This document shows, in pieces, positions 1 to 13,240 of a stretch of 64,000 bases of DNA. The position numbers were made by a program, and so were the translations under genes. Origin of the DNA: Balanoglossus misakiensis (taxonomy: Eukaryota; Animalia; Hemichordata); contig CM082580.2 in the NCBI GenBank assembly GCA_040954595.2, forward strand, positions 1,478,783-1,542,782, read 5' to 3'. How positions within the stretch are numbered: position 1 is the stretch's first letter; each line of letters begins with the position of its first letter. A model generated the notes under the pieces. That model was not told the DNA's origin, ran no database searches, and was given only the letters and a program-made list of their open reading frames with translations.

Positions 1-1854
1 AGTAGATCAAGGGTCATTGCCAAAATTATCAAAATATTTGGGTAATGTCCTGGCAGCAATAAAACTCATGTGAACAAAATCATGACTGTTGTGCTTTTTA
101 ACAAGAGACATATCCAAGTAGATCAAGGGTCATTGCCAAGATTATCAAAATATTTGGGTTATGTCCTGGCAGCAATAAAACTCATGTGAACAAAATCATG
201 ACTGTTGTGCTTTTTAACAAGAGACATATCCAAGTAGATCAAGGGTCATTGCCAAAGTTATCAAAATATTTGGGTTATGTCCTGGCAGCGACAAAACTCA
301 TGTGAACAAAATCATGACTGTTGTGCTTTTTAACAAGAGGCATATCCAAGTAGATCAAGGGTCATTGCCAAAATTATCAAAATATTTGGGTTATGTCCAG
401 GCAGCAATAGTACTCATGTGAACAAAATCATGACTGTTGTGCTTTTTAACAAGAGACATATCCAAGTAGATCAAGGGTCATTGCCAAAATTATCAAAATA
501 TTTGGGTTATGTCCAGGCAGCAATAGTACTCATGTGAACAAAATCATGACTGTTGTGCTTTTTAACAAGAGACATATCCAAGTAGATCAAGGGTCATTAC
601 CAAGATTATCAAAATATTTGGGTTATGTCCTGGCAGCAATAAAACTCATGTGAACAAAATCATGACTGTTGTGCCTTTTAACAAGAGACATATCCAAGTA
701 GATCAAGGGTCATTGCCAAAATTATCAAAATATTTGGGTTATGTCCTGGCAGCAATAAAACTCATGTGAACAAAATCATGACTGTTGTGCTTTTTAACAA
801 GAGACATATCCAAGTAGATCAAGGGTCATTGCCATGATTATCAAAATATTTGGGTTATGTCCTGGCAGCAATAAAACTCATGTGAACAAAATCATGACTG
901 TTGTGCTTTTAACAAGAGACATATCCAAGTAGATCAAGGGTCATTGCCAAAATTATCAAAATATTTGGGTTATGTCCAGGCAGCAATAGTACTCATGTGA
1001 ACAAAATCATGACTGTTGTGCTTTTTAACAAGAGACATATCCAAGTAGATCAAGGGTCATTACCAAGATTATCAAAATATTTGGATTATGTCCTGGCAGC
1101 AATAAAACTCATGTGAACAAAATCATGACTGTTGTGCCTTTTAACAAGAGACATATCCAAGTAGATCAAGGGTCATTGCCAAAATTATCAAAATATTTGG
1201 GTAATGTCCTGGCAGCAATAAAACTCATGTGAACAAAATCATGACTGTTGTGCTTTTTAACAAGAGACATATCCAAGTAGATCAAGGGTCATTGCCAAGA
1301 TTATCAAAATATTTGGGTTATGTCCTGGCAGCAATAAAACTCATGTGAACAAAATCATGACTGTTGTGCTTTTTAACAAGAGACATATCCAAGTAGATCA
1401 AGGGTCATTGCCAAAATTATCAAAATATTTGGGTTATGTCCTGGCAGCGACAAAACTCATGTGAACAAAATCATGACTGTTGTGCTTTTTAACAAGAGAC
1501 ATATCCAAGTAGATCAAGGGTCATGGCCAAAATTATCAAAATATTTGGGTTATGTCCTGGCAACAATAAAACTCATGTGAACAAAATCATGACTGTTGTG
1601 CTTTTTAACAAGAGACATATCCAAGGGATCAAGGGTCATTACCAAGATTATCAAAATATTTGGGTTATGTCCTGGCAGCAATAAAACTCATGTGAACAAA
1701 ATCATGACTGTTGTGCTTTTTAACAAGAGACATATCCAAGTAGATCAAGGGTCATTGCCAAAATTATCAAAATATTTGGGTTATGTCCTGGCAGCAGTAG
1801 TACTCTTTGAACAAAATCATGACTGTTGAGCTTTTTATCAAGAGCCATATCCAC
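1..1854 (+). repeat. 116-bp tandem array, 16 copies visible (extends left of the window)
   Basis: AGTAGATCAAGGGTCA starts at 1, 117, 233, 349, 465 ... 1739; copies are near-identical. Confidence 0.97.
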
Positions 1855-2382
1855 ATAAAATTAAGTTATGGAATTACTGGATCAAAGGACATGCGAGAGT
1901 CGCCAACAAATTGTTTAATCAAATACTGAAAAAAAACTGGATCAAAGAACATATGAAAGTTGTCAAAAAATGTAACATATTCTAGTCATATGGTGACTCG
2001 TATCCACAGAAAGAATTTGTGTGCTTTCAATGAGTAGGATAAAAAAAAGGAATTTTAGCTTTTAATCGGAGTTCAGAAAATCCAATTTGGCTCTGATAAG
2101 GTTAAACCAATCACAATTCACTTGAAAACTTGATTAGAAAAAGATTTTCGTAATTTTTGAATGAGATTTTTAAAAAATCCAATAAGGCACCAAAAGTCAC
2201 ATGACCACTAATGATATTTTATCAAACTTTCAACCGCACAGTAAATTAGAACTTGATTGGCCCTGTAGTTTATGAAAATGTCAACCTTTAAAGCTTATTA
2301 GAAAATCCAATATGGCCGCCATGAAGAAGACAATTACAACTAAAAGTAGCATTGGAGGGACCAAGGTTCCAACAGAAAGCAG

Positions 2383-2740
2383 ACCCCATCAAAATTCCAA
2401 TTAACAAAATCAGGTAGGGGCACCATACCACACATTCCTACCAATTTTCAGCTCCATCGTACATGTAGTTAGGGAGAAGAAGATTTTTTTACCAAAAATT
2501 TTATTTTTAGATCTAATTTGCATATTCATGACCCGATCAAATCCAAATTAACAAAATCAGGTAAGGGCACCATAACACACATTCCAACCAAATTTCAGCT
2601 AAATATGCCAAGTAGTTTTATAGAAGAAGATTGAAATACCAAAAGTTGACGGACGACGGATGACGGACGACAGACGACGGACAGACATTTATCAACCTAC
2701 TGCTACAGCTCGGCTGACACAAGTGACAGCAGAGCTAATA
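2383..2740 (+). mobile_element. Non-autonomous HINE/DINE-like (Helentron-associated) element fragment inserted in the macrosatellite
   Basis: Two internal copies of CCAA(A)TTAACAAAATCAGGTARGGGCACCATA, a GACG-type microsatellite at 2648-2685 and a 3' hairpin-like AGCTC...GAGCTAATAA. It replaces ~200 bp of the backbone unit. The family assignment is inferred from architecture only. Confidence 0.6.
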
Positions 2741-3668
2741 AAAGCTGTATCTGCTGTGCATGCCAAGTTTTGGAAATGTAGATCAAGGGTCATTGCCAAA
2801 ATTATCAAAATATTTGGGTTATGTCCTGCCAGAGTAGTACTCATGTGAACAAAATCATGACTGTTGTGCTTTTTAACAAGAGACATATCAATGTACAATT
2901 AAGTTCTGAAAGATCTTGATCAAAGGGAAAATGAAAGTTGCAAAAAATTGTATAATTAAGTGTTAAAAAAAGGATCAATGGACATGTGAAAGTTGACAAA
3001 TTTTTTTAACATTCTTGTCTTATGTTGACTCTATCCATAAAAAGGCTTGGTGTGCTATCATTCAGTAGCCTACAAATAGGAAATTTTAGTTTTTAATCGG
3101 AGTTCAGAAAATCCAATTAGGCTTCAATAAGGTTTAACCAATCACAATTTACGCGAAAGCTTGATTAAAAAAAGATTTTGGAAATTTTTCATGGTATTTT
3201 TCAAAAATCCATAATAAATCCAAATTCACATGAACACTAACAATATTATTTTAAAAAATTGGAACGTACAGTAAATTAGAACTTGATTGGCCTTGTAATT
3301 TTTGAAAAAAAATGTCAACTTTTAAAGGTTATCAGAAAATCCAATATGGCCACCATGAAGAAGACAATTAAAAGAACATGCAGCATCACAGGGGCCAAAG
3401 CAGTTAGCATGGTTCCAACAGAAAGCAAACTCTGTATCTGTTGTGGATTCATAGAATGGTAGGTAAGCCAGAGGTCACGCAAATTTGTGCCAACAAATTT
3501 TGATATCAAACTGATAAGTGTCCAACAAGAACCAAACTTCTAAGCTCAATTGGTTAACTTTAAATAGGATAAGTACATAATGATTGTGTTAAAGATTAAT
3601 ACTTCATTAGGTGTTCCAGTCCTCTATATTTGAAAGCCATATCTGCTGTGCATGTCAAATTATGGGAA

Positions 3669-4241
3669 AGTAGATCATGGCCAAAATTATCAAAATATTT
3701 GGGTTATGTCCAGGCAGCAATAGTACTCATGTGTACAAAATCATGACTGTTGTGCTTTTTAACAAGAGACATATGCAAGTAGATCAAGGGTCATGGCCAA
3801 AATTATCAAAATATTTGGGTTATGTCCTGGCAGCAATAAAACTCATGTGAACAAAATCATGACTGTTGTGCTTTTTAACAAGAGACATATCCAAGTAGAT
3901 CAAGGGTCATGGCCAAAATTATCAAAATATTTGGGTTATGTCCTGGCAGCAATAAAACTCATGTGAACAAAATCATGACTGTTGTGCTTTTTAACAAGAG
4001 ACATATCCAAGTAGATCAAGGGTCATTGCCAAAATTATCAAAATATTTGGGTTATGTCCTGGCAGCAATAAAACTCATGTGAACAAAATCATGACTGTTG
4101 TGCTTTTTAACAAGAGACATATCCAAGTAGATCAAGGGTCATTGCCAAAATTATCAAAATATTTGGGTTATGTCCTGGCAGCAGTAGTACTCTTTGAACA
4201 AAATCATGACTGTTTAGCTTTTTATCAAGAGCCATATCCAC
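3669..4241 (+). repeat. 116-bp tandem array, 5 copies
   Basis: Monomer starts at 3669, 3778, 3894, 4010 and 4126. Confidence 0.95.
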
Positions 4242-5921
4242 ATAAAATTTAGTTATGGAATTACTGGGTCAAAGGACATGCGAGAGTTGCCAACAAATTG
4301 TTTAATCAAGTTTTGAAAAAACTGGATCAAAGGACATGTGAAAGTTGCCAAAAAATGTAACGTATTCTAGTCATATGGCGACTCGTATCCATAAAATTAA
4401 TTTGTGTGCTTTCAATGAGTAGGCTAGAAATAGAAAATCTTAGTTTTTAATCAGTGTTTAGAAAAATCCAATTTGGCTCCAATAAGGTGACACCAATCAC
4501 AATTCACTTGAAAACTTGATTAGAAAAAGATGTTCTGTAATTTTTTAATGAGATTTTTAAACAATCCAATTAGGCACCCAAAGTCACTTGACCACTAATG
4601 ATATTTTTGTCAAACTTTCAACCCTACAGTAAACTAGAATTTGATTGGCCCTGTAGTTTATGAAAATGTCAACTTTTAAAGGTTATTAGAAATTCCAATA
4701 TGGCCACCATGAAGAAGACAATTAGAGCTACAAGCAGCATTGGAGTGGCCAAAGCGGTTAGCATGGTTCCAACAGAAAGCAAATGCTGCATCTGTTGTGG
4801 ATGCCTAGAAATGGTAAAGTATGCCAGAGGTGATGCAAAATGTGCCAACAAAATTTGATACCAAACTGATCAGTGTCCAACAAAAAGCAGACTTCTACGC
4901 TTTATTGGTTAACTTTAAATAGCTTATATACATAATTATTGTGTTAAAGTTAATACATGTACTTTATTAGGTGTTCCAGTCCTCTAAATTTAAAAGCTGT
5001 ATCTGCTGTGCATGCCAAGTTATGGGAATGTAGATCAAAAGTTACTGCCAAAATTATCAAAATATTTGGGTTATGTCCGGGCAGCAGTAGTACTCATGTG
5101 AACAAAATCACGACTCTTGTGCTTTTTAACAAGAGGCATATCAACGTAGAATTAAGTTCTGAAAGATCTGGATCAAAAGACGAATGACAGTTGCAAAAAA
5201 ATTGTATAATTAAGTGTTGAAAAAATGGATGAAAGGACATGTGAAAGTTGATAAAAATTGTTTAACATATTCTGGTCTTATGGTGACTCGTATCCATAAA
5301 AAGGATTGGTGTGCTATCATTCAGTAGCCTTGAAATAGGAAATTTTAGTTTTTAATCGGAGTTCAGACAATCCAATTTGGCTTCAATAAGGTTTAACCAA
5401 TCACAATTCACTTGAAAGCTTGATTAAAAAAGATTTTGGAAATCTTCATGAGTTTTTGAAAAAATCCATAATAAATCCAAATTCACATGACCACTATTAA
5501 TATAATTGAAAAAAAATTGGAACGGCCAGTAAATTAGAACTTGATTGGCCCTGCAGTTTAGAAAAAAATGTACACTTTTAGAGATTATCAGAAAATCCAA
5601 TATGGCCGCCATGAAGAAGACCCAACTATAAGCAGCATTGGAGTGACCAAAGTGGTTAGCATGGTTCCAACAGAAAGCAAAGGCTGTATCTGTTATGGAT
5701 GCTGAGAAATGGTAAGTAAGCCAGAGGTCACGCAAATTTGTGCCAATAAATTTTGACATCAAACTGATAAGTGTCCAACAAGAACCAAACTTCTAAGCTC
5801 AATTGGTTAACTTTAAATAGGATAAGTACATAACGATTGTGTTAAAGATTAATACTTCATTAGGTGTTCCAGTCCTCTAAATTTGAAAGCCGTATCTGCT
5901 GTGCATGGCAAGTTATGGGAA

Positions 5922-6963
5922 AGTAGATCATGGCCAAAATTATCAAAATATTTGGGTTATGTCCAGGCAGCAATAGTACTCATGTGTACAATATCATGAC
6001 TGTTGTGCTTTTTAACAAGAGACATATCCAAGTAGATCAAGGGTCATGGCCAAAATTATCAAAATATTTGGGTTATGTCCTGGCAGCAATATAACTCATG
6101 TGAACAAAATCATGACTGTTGTGCTTTTTAACAAGAGACCTATCCAAGTAGATCAAGGGTCATTGCCAAAATTATCAAAATATTTTGGTTATGTCCTGGC
6201 AGCAATAAAACTCATATGAACACAATAATGACTGTTGTGCTTTTTAACAAGAGACATATCCAAGTAGATCAAGGGTCATTGCCAAAATTATCAAAATATT
6301 TGGGTTATGTCCTGGCAGCAATAAAACTCGTGTGAACACAATCATGACTGTTGTGCTTTTTAACAAGAGACATATCCAAGTAGATCAAGGGTCATTACCA
6401 AGATTATCAAAATATTTGGGTTATGTCCTGGCAGCAATAAAACTCATGTGAACACAATCATGACTGTTGTGCTTTTTAACAAGAGGCATATCCAAGTAGA
6501 TCAAGGGTCATTGCCAAAATTATCAAAATATTTTGGTTATGTCCAGGCAGCAATAAAACTCATGTGAACACAATTATGACTGTTGTGTTTTTTAACAAGA
6601 GACATATCCAAGTAGATCAAGGGTCATTGCCAAAATTATCAAAATATTTTGGTTATGTCCTGGCAGCAATAAAACTCATGTGAACAAAATCATGACTGTT
6701 GTGCTTTTTAACAAGAGACATATCCAAGTAGATCAAGGGTCATCGCCAAAATTATCAAAATATTTGGGTTATGTCCTGGCAGCAATAAAACTCATGTGAA
6801 CACAATTATGACTGTTGTGCTTTTTAACAAGACTAGAGACATATCCAAGTAGAACAAGGGTCATTGCCAAAATTATCAAAATATTTGGGTTATGTCCTGG
6901 CAGCAATAAAACTCATGTGAACACAATCATGACTGTTGTGCTTTTTAACAAGAGACATATCCA
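5922..6963 (+). repeat. 116-bp tandem array, 9 copies
   Basis: Monomer starts at 5922, 6031, 6147, 6263, 6379, 6495, 6611, 6727 and 6847. Confidence 0.95.
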
Positions 6964-7715
6964 AGTACAATTCAGTTCTAACAAATCTGAATCAAAGGAC
7001 ATGTGAAATTTGCCAAAAAATGTAACGTATTCTATACATATGGTGACTCGTATCAATAAAATGAATGTGTGCTTTAAATGAGTAGGCTAGAAATAGGAAA
7101 TCTTTGTCTTTAATTAGAGTTCAGAAAGTCCAATTTGGCTCCAATAAGGTTTAACTAATCACAATACACTTGAAAACTTGATTAGAAAAAGATTTTGGAA
7201 ATGTTAAATGAGATTTTTTAACAATCCATAATGAATCCAAAGTCGCATGACCACTAACAATATTATTGAAAAAAATTGGAAGGGACAGTAAATTAGAACT
7301 TGATTGGCCATGTAGTTTTGAAAAAATGTCAATTTTAAGAGGTTATCAGAAAATCCAATATGGCCAACATGAAGAAGACAATTAAAGGAACATGCAACAT
7401 TACAGGGGCCAAAGCAGTTAGCATGGTTCCAACAGAAAGCAAACTCTGTATCTGTTGTGGATGGCTAGAAATGGTAAGCCAGAGGTCACTATGTCTATGT
7501 ATAATTAACTTCTTAAAACATAGCGTATAGGAAACTGTTGTGCCATTTGGGGATTACACAGATTTTAGGTATTCACCAGAATTAAATCGCGGGCGACATT
7601 GGCAAGCATATATGGCAAAAATATTCAAATACTATGGAAACATAAAAAAAATTCACCATGCTCAATCAAGTGTTATGTGTCACTGCAATCTTACAAGCAG
7701 CACTAAAAAAAACAG

Positions 7716-7987
7716 ATTTTTGTCCAAAAACTGTCTGTAAAATACATGCGAGTATGACAAGCTAATTAGTCCAATCAGACAGAGGCATTCACTGACCTAC
7801 CACCAGTTTATAATAAAATAACCGGTGGTCTCTGTAACAGCTGGACCACAACTGATTTTTGTCCAAAAACTGTCTGTAAAATATATGCGAGTATGACAAG
7901 CTAATTAGTCCAATCAGACAGAGGCATTCACTGACCTACCACCAGTTTATAATAAAATAGCCGGTGGTCTCTGTAACAGCTGGACCG
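7716..7987 (+). repeat. Tandem duplication of ~138 bp
   Basis: GATTTTTGTCCAAAAACTGTCTGTAAAATA...GTAACAGCTGGACC occurs twice, at ~7716 and ~7854. Confidence 0.9.
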
Positions 7988-10900
7988 GTAAAATTATATA
8001 AGGCTGTTTATTTTACTGATAAAAAATTTTATAGGTCTTTGTAGGTTATAATAAAGAAAATTATCAAAATCGGTTCACCAGTTTTCAAGGTACAAAAGCA
8101 TCAAAAAATACTGATATTCTCAAGTATCTTCAACATTTTTCAAAAAATTATGCACGATTCACAGAAGAATACTTCTTTCAGTTTTACAGGAGATCATCTA
8201 AACTTGTAAAGAAAATCTCTCTATTTTTTGCATGGCACCATGGGAAATATGAAATTTTGCAATGTTTGATGTTCCGTGTCTCAATCATAGTTGATCTAAT
8301 TGTAACGAAATTTTCAGAATATATTACAATATATGTGCAGATACAGATAGTGACTTCAGTTTTTGATATCTGGATTACAATTTAAATTCCCAGGCGCTCA
8401 AAAAAGGAAAAACCTAGCATTTTACCATTGCAAATGGGCGGCCATATTGGATTGATATTTCATTAGATGGCAATATCTGTTTATACACTGCAATTTGCTG
8501 AAAATCAGTTCAATCACTGTAGTGAGTGGAAATATTTAAATTCTTGTGTATTTTGAGCAATAATACTACTACCAAAAATATTTTATACAGTTACTTCTGG
8601 ACAGCAAAAATTGCCATCATTCAAGTCAAACTCTCAGATCGGCCCTTTTGCTTGCCTGTGTTGGGCAGATATCAAAAGTGGAGAAAGTTGGATAGTGTAA
8701 TGTCTACATGTATTTGTACTATCCTTGTAGTCTATTAACATTTACACGATTTTCATATTAATTTTGGTATGATATGCATGGAAAGACTGGCTGGCTATAA
8801 ATCATAAAACTGAACGTCCTTGCACCATACAGTTTTTACTGCATACACATGTAGTTTAAGCAAACTGTGTATTTCATGTATTCCACTTTTCTGCCTTCCT
8901 TGCTGGCTTTCTCCATTTATTTTCTTACTGTTTCTTTGTAACATTACTGATTTTTTTTCTGGTAATTCAATTTCTGGCTGAAATAAATGTACTAGAGCTG
9001 GTAAGGTTTCCTGAACATTAATCCCTGTATCTTGAAGGCAGGTGTGCAAGTTCATATAAAGTTCATTGGTTAAAGGAATATTATGAGCTGATAAATCTTC
9101 TAAGCTCTTCTTTCTGGCTAGAAGGTCTGCTATATTATCGAATACTCTTTATGCTACTTCCATAATGTTGCCTGTGCAAATTAACAATCAAAATACCCAC
9201 TTGCTAGACAATTGTAAGACAAACATTTTTGTTGGGTAATTACAGAATAATTATTTTAATTCCATGCATACTCTACCTAAACACAAATTAGAATATATAA
9301 CTGAAATTATAATTATACACAGGTCTATGAAATGCAAAGAAAATGTATTTCTAGGAAAGAACACCCATGGGCATTCAGCTCTAAGCAGATAACATCAGTC
9401 ACTTTGAAGACATGTCACTTCCCAGACTTGACTAAACAAACTTCCAACCCTGAAGTGAAACGCATCTCCGAGTTGCATACACAATATGATCATATAATGT
9501 TAGATATTTATCATGGTTTAAGTGAAAACAAATTAGGAGATGTAAACACCCCTGCCATTTATTCAGTGCCATATAATGCTGCCATTATGCACATATTGAC
9601 TCTAGCCACTTTCCCAGTGGGAGGAAAAAGACTTTAATGGACACCAAGCGGGAAGAAACGAAAGTTACTAAGTTTTTGGCATTTCATTTTTATTTGTGAG
9701 ATCGAGAAATTAAAATATGACAAGTTTAGAAAATAATCAGATTACACAGTATGTCCCAGTTCGTATGGCGGCCATATTGGATTCTGAACTCTCTAGTGAT
9801 ATAAACATATAGTGTACTTGGCGAGTCTCAGTATAGGGAAATCAACACAATCAGACAAAACTTGGGTTACCCATTGCAATAATACTATCAAATTTCAAAG
9901 CAATCCCATATGCAGTTTCAGAAAAATCAGTATTTTCACCAAAATTGTACAATATCTTACGTCAATCGCTTCAGGGAACATGCCTACCAAAGCTCAAGGC
10001 AATCTGACAATCAGTTTGAAAGAAAATAATTTTTAATGAAAAATTCCAAAACTATCACACACAAAACGCAAATATGCATATTTCAAGTATTTTTCTAAAA
10101 CATCTCACTTAATTATTCCCAAGGAACAACCCTGCAAAATTTGAAAGCAATCTGACAAGCAGTTTTAGATAAAACTATTTTTGACCAAAAAAGACAAAAA
10201 ATTCTACAAAATTATAAATATGCACATTTTTCATCAACCAGGTTTTCATCAAATGGGACCATATATCCAAATGTATGCTTCAAAGCAACACGACTCTCAG
10301 AGAAAAAAATGCTTGTCACCCTGGTCAAAAATTTGGTTTTACTAAAACATCAAATCGGTTATCTCTCAAAGCTAAAAGGGTTATCACCAAACAGATTACA
10401 ATTTTCTTTACTTGTGGTGGTTTTGGTTTTATCGGTTTGCCCAATAAAAATTAGGATAATTGTTTAAGTATGCCAACAGTGAGGTGGAAATCACACCAGA
10501 AAAGCGAAAATACGCCAACAACATGTAAACAGTAAAATGTTACGAAAAAACAAACAGAAAAGCGAAAATACACCAACCACGTTTAAACCGTAAAATTAAA
10601 AAAAAATGCAAACACTGGCTCTACGTGCGCTTAGGCAAGAGGCCTAGCAATAAAATTCTCACAGAGTATAACCCTATAAATATGTCTAGACTTTCTCGAT
10701 TATGACCTCAGGGTCAGCAGCGAAGCCATACACAGAATGGCCGAGAGGCATGGCTAGCTGCACGCCCGTAGCTCGGATTTTTTTCTGGAATAAGACCTAC
10801 TTCTGTTCAACTACAAGGTGTTGAACGGATAGCTGCAAATCACCTAATACCAGACTAAACAATCGAGCGACGGTAACGTAGCTACATAGGCTATGGTACT

Positions 10901-12339
10901 AAAAGCAATGACTGGATTATGAGCCTACCGAAAAGACGTCTTGATCCCGCGGCAGTAAGAAGGAAAGTGGTCGAAACCCGGCGTCGCACACCGGAAACGG
11001 GTCAATGATCACCTGTTGTTATGGAGAGTGGGACTTGTTACCCAATCACAGACCATAGTTAGCATTACGACACACTAATGAATATGCATACATGCTATAG
11101 CTGCATATTTTATTATTTTAGAACGCACTGGAACATGCTCGCATTCGAAGGAATATTCCATTTGTATATGCAAATAGCAAACCTATGTTCTCGAGTGTGA
11201 GTGCACCATTGTCTCAGGGGGGTGGCTCACGTCCCAAAGAACAGGGGGTAATTTTCTACCACAGCCGCGCATTTCAAACCGAGCAAGCAAACTGCTAACT
11301 TCCGTTGTCTGGGCAACATTTTGATGTGCGTTAAGTTTTGCACCTATTCGACTTTGAGGAAACAGACCTATAATACTTCCTAATGTGGTTCTCTTTCTGG
11401 GTCATTTTGTTGGTCCAACCACGATCCACGAGATCGTAAACTGCTTGGATTAGGGCGCGTTAGGAAGCTGCAGCTGCGGCCGCAGGTCAAGTCGGTGTGT
11501 GTTGTATTTAACAAACATGGTGAATGTGTTCGGCACAGCAACATGCTCGCTCTACCCACAGCCACTGTACCGTACTGTCGATCGTTTCCATGTCTGTTTC
11601 ACGCTCGCTCTTTATAATGCCCTTATCACGCCTCCCGTATTGTGTTCATGATATGACAGTCCCACTAATCTGACAACACGCTCGCTTTTATTATGTCAAT
11701 TTGTCCCGTTCGCTAGCACTGCGTTCAGGCCTGCATTCACCATTAACAGACTATCCCATTCGCCAACTTTACTGAACTACAAAGTGAAGAACCAGTTTGC
11801 GTCTTGGCCGAAACAACCGGGGTCATGGAAATTAAAGGCCGAACCGAGAAGATTAAGTGCCATTCCCGAAGTAACGACCAACCAATGTTTACAGAGAAAT
11901 CAGATGACATCAAATAGCGGAGTTCTTATCCTGTCGGGATGCGTTTACCTCGGAATCGGCGAAGTTTTTTTGTCGTCGAGTTTGATTTCATGGACGATGC
12001 AGTCTAGTTATTTGATGATCCATAATTGATATTTTTTTTTGGGGGGGGGGGGGGTCCTGGTGTCGATAATTCGAGGCAGGAGAAGAAATGTGCCGACAGC
12101 GCAAATTGCCGTTTTTCTCGCTCTGTTTAGTCGATTTTGACAACTTCAAAAGTATTAAACTTCACTCTGCGTTGGTCGAGAGGTCTTAAATTTTACCCAT
12201 CCAACAAAACAAACGTTTGTAGTCAATAAAGTGTTCTTGGCGGGAATTAAAATTGATTCAATGCAATTCAAGTTTGAATTTGATCAAATTTTCTAAATAT
12301 AGATAAATCGACAGGCCAACACTGTCCATGCACCAAAAA

Positions 12340-13240
12340 GAACAGCTGGTCGCGGAGATGAATTTTGTTTTTGTATATAACAAAATACCCTACAAAATAT
12401 AAAAGTTCCGAATTACCTATAATTTGATTCCATTATAATTCCAATACTATTAACTCAATTTTAGAGTAATACACTGGGAACTATTATTTTTCAAAATTGG
12501 AAAATATGCCCCCAAAATACAAGATATTGCCAACAAAAAGCATTGACACTTTCATCATTGGTTTTGTAAATTATCATGACAACGCACCCAGGAACCTTTA
12601 AATCAAATTTGAAAGCAATGGAGTAGAGGGTTCTGAGAAAGAGTTTTGACCAAAAATGGCAAAAATCACCCCAAAAATATAATATTAAATTCTTCTAGTT
12701 GATTTTACAAACATACATGCAAATTTCCAAAGCAATCTATGAGCTGTTTTACATTTAAAAAATGATCAAAAAGGTAAAAATTGCTCGCAAATTTTGCAGC
12801 AATTTAAACAAAACTTTAGTAACTCAGATCACCTATATGAAGCTCCATACTAAATTTCAAAGAGGTGGGCTGATTAATTCCAGAAAGGTAGTTTTTTACA
12901 AAAATGTAGAAAAAGACAAACAAATGCGAAAAATAGAAAATTCAAAGTATTACCTCAAAACATACAGAATCATTATGACCAGGGGTTGCTGAGTTTCTGA
13001 GTTTTGACCAAATTAAGGTTTTTCCCAGAAAATTTGCATATTTTTGGCAATGTCAACTTCGTTTGAACAAACTCCCATCTACAACCCGGTATGCATCTAC
13101 ACACCAAATATCGAGGTTGTACGCGTAGCAGTCTTCAAGTTTTTGATGTGGATGGACATACTCCCATACATCCATACAGATGCAACGTACCGATCTCATA
13201 AGGTCCCACTGGAATATACCAATACAAATGTGACATAAAC
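12340..13240 (+). mobile_element. Decayed HINE-like/MITE repeat with CATA-type microsatellite near the 3' end
   Basis: Repeated AAATTT(C/G)AAAGCAATC / TTTTGACCAAAA subrepeats and CATACATCCATACAGA at ~13165. The same subrepeat family occurs at ~9880-10200, 13430-13920 and, reversed, at 27300-27910. Boundaries are approximate. Confidence 0.45.

Larger units (their letters stand above)
1..7490. repeat. Compound macrosatellite: ~0.9-kb backbone unit containing a variable-number 116-bp tandem array
   Basis: The anchor AAAGCYRTATCTGCTGTGCATG recurs at ~2741, 3633, 4993 and 5886. The non-array backbone (...TCCAATTTGGCT...AAATCCAATATGGCC...GGTTCCAACAGAAAGC) recurs at ~1850-2380, 2890-3630, 4240-4990, 5150-5885 and 6965-7490. 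Confidence 0.95.

Noticed and set aside
1-7000. CRISPR-like repeat/spacer array or repeat-encoded peptides (IAKIIKIFGLCPG ORFs)
   Set aside because: Monomers are head-to-tail with no unique spacers, there are no cas genes, the context is eukaryotic, and the 116-bp period is not a multiple of 3, so the ORFs are incidental.
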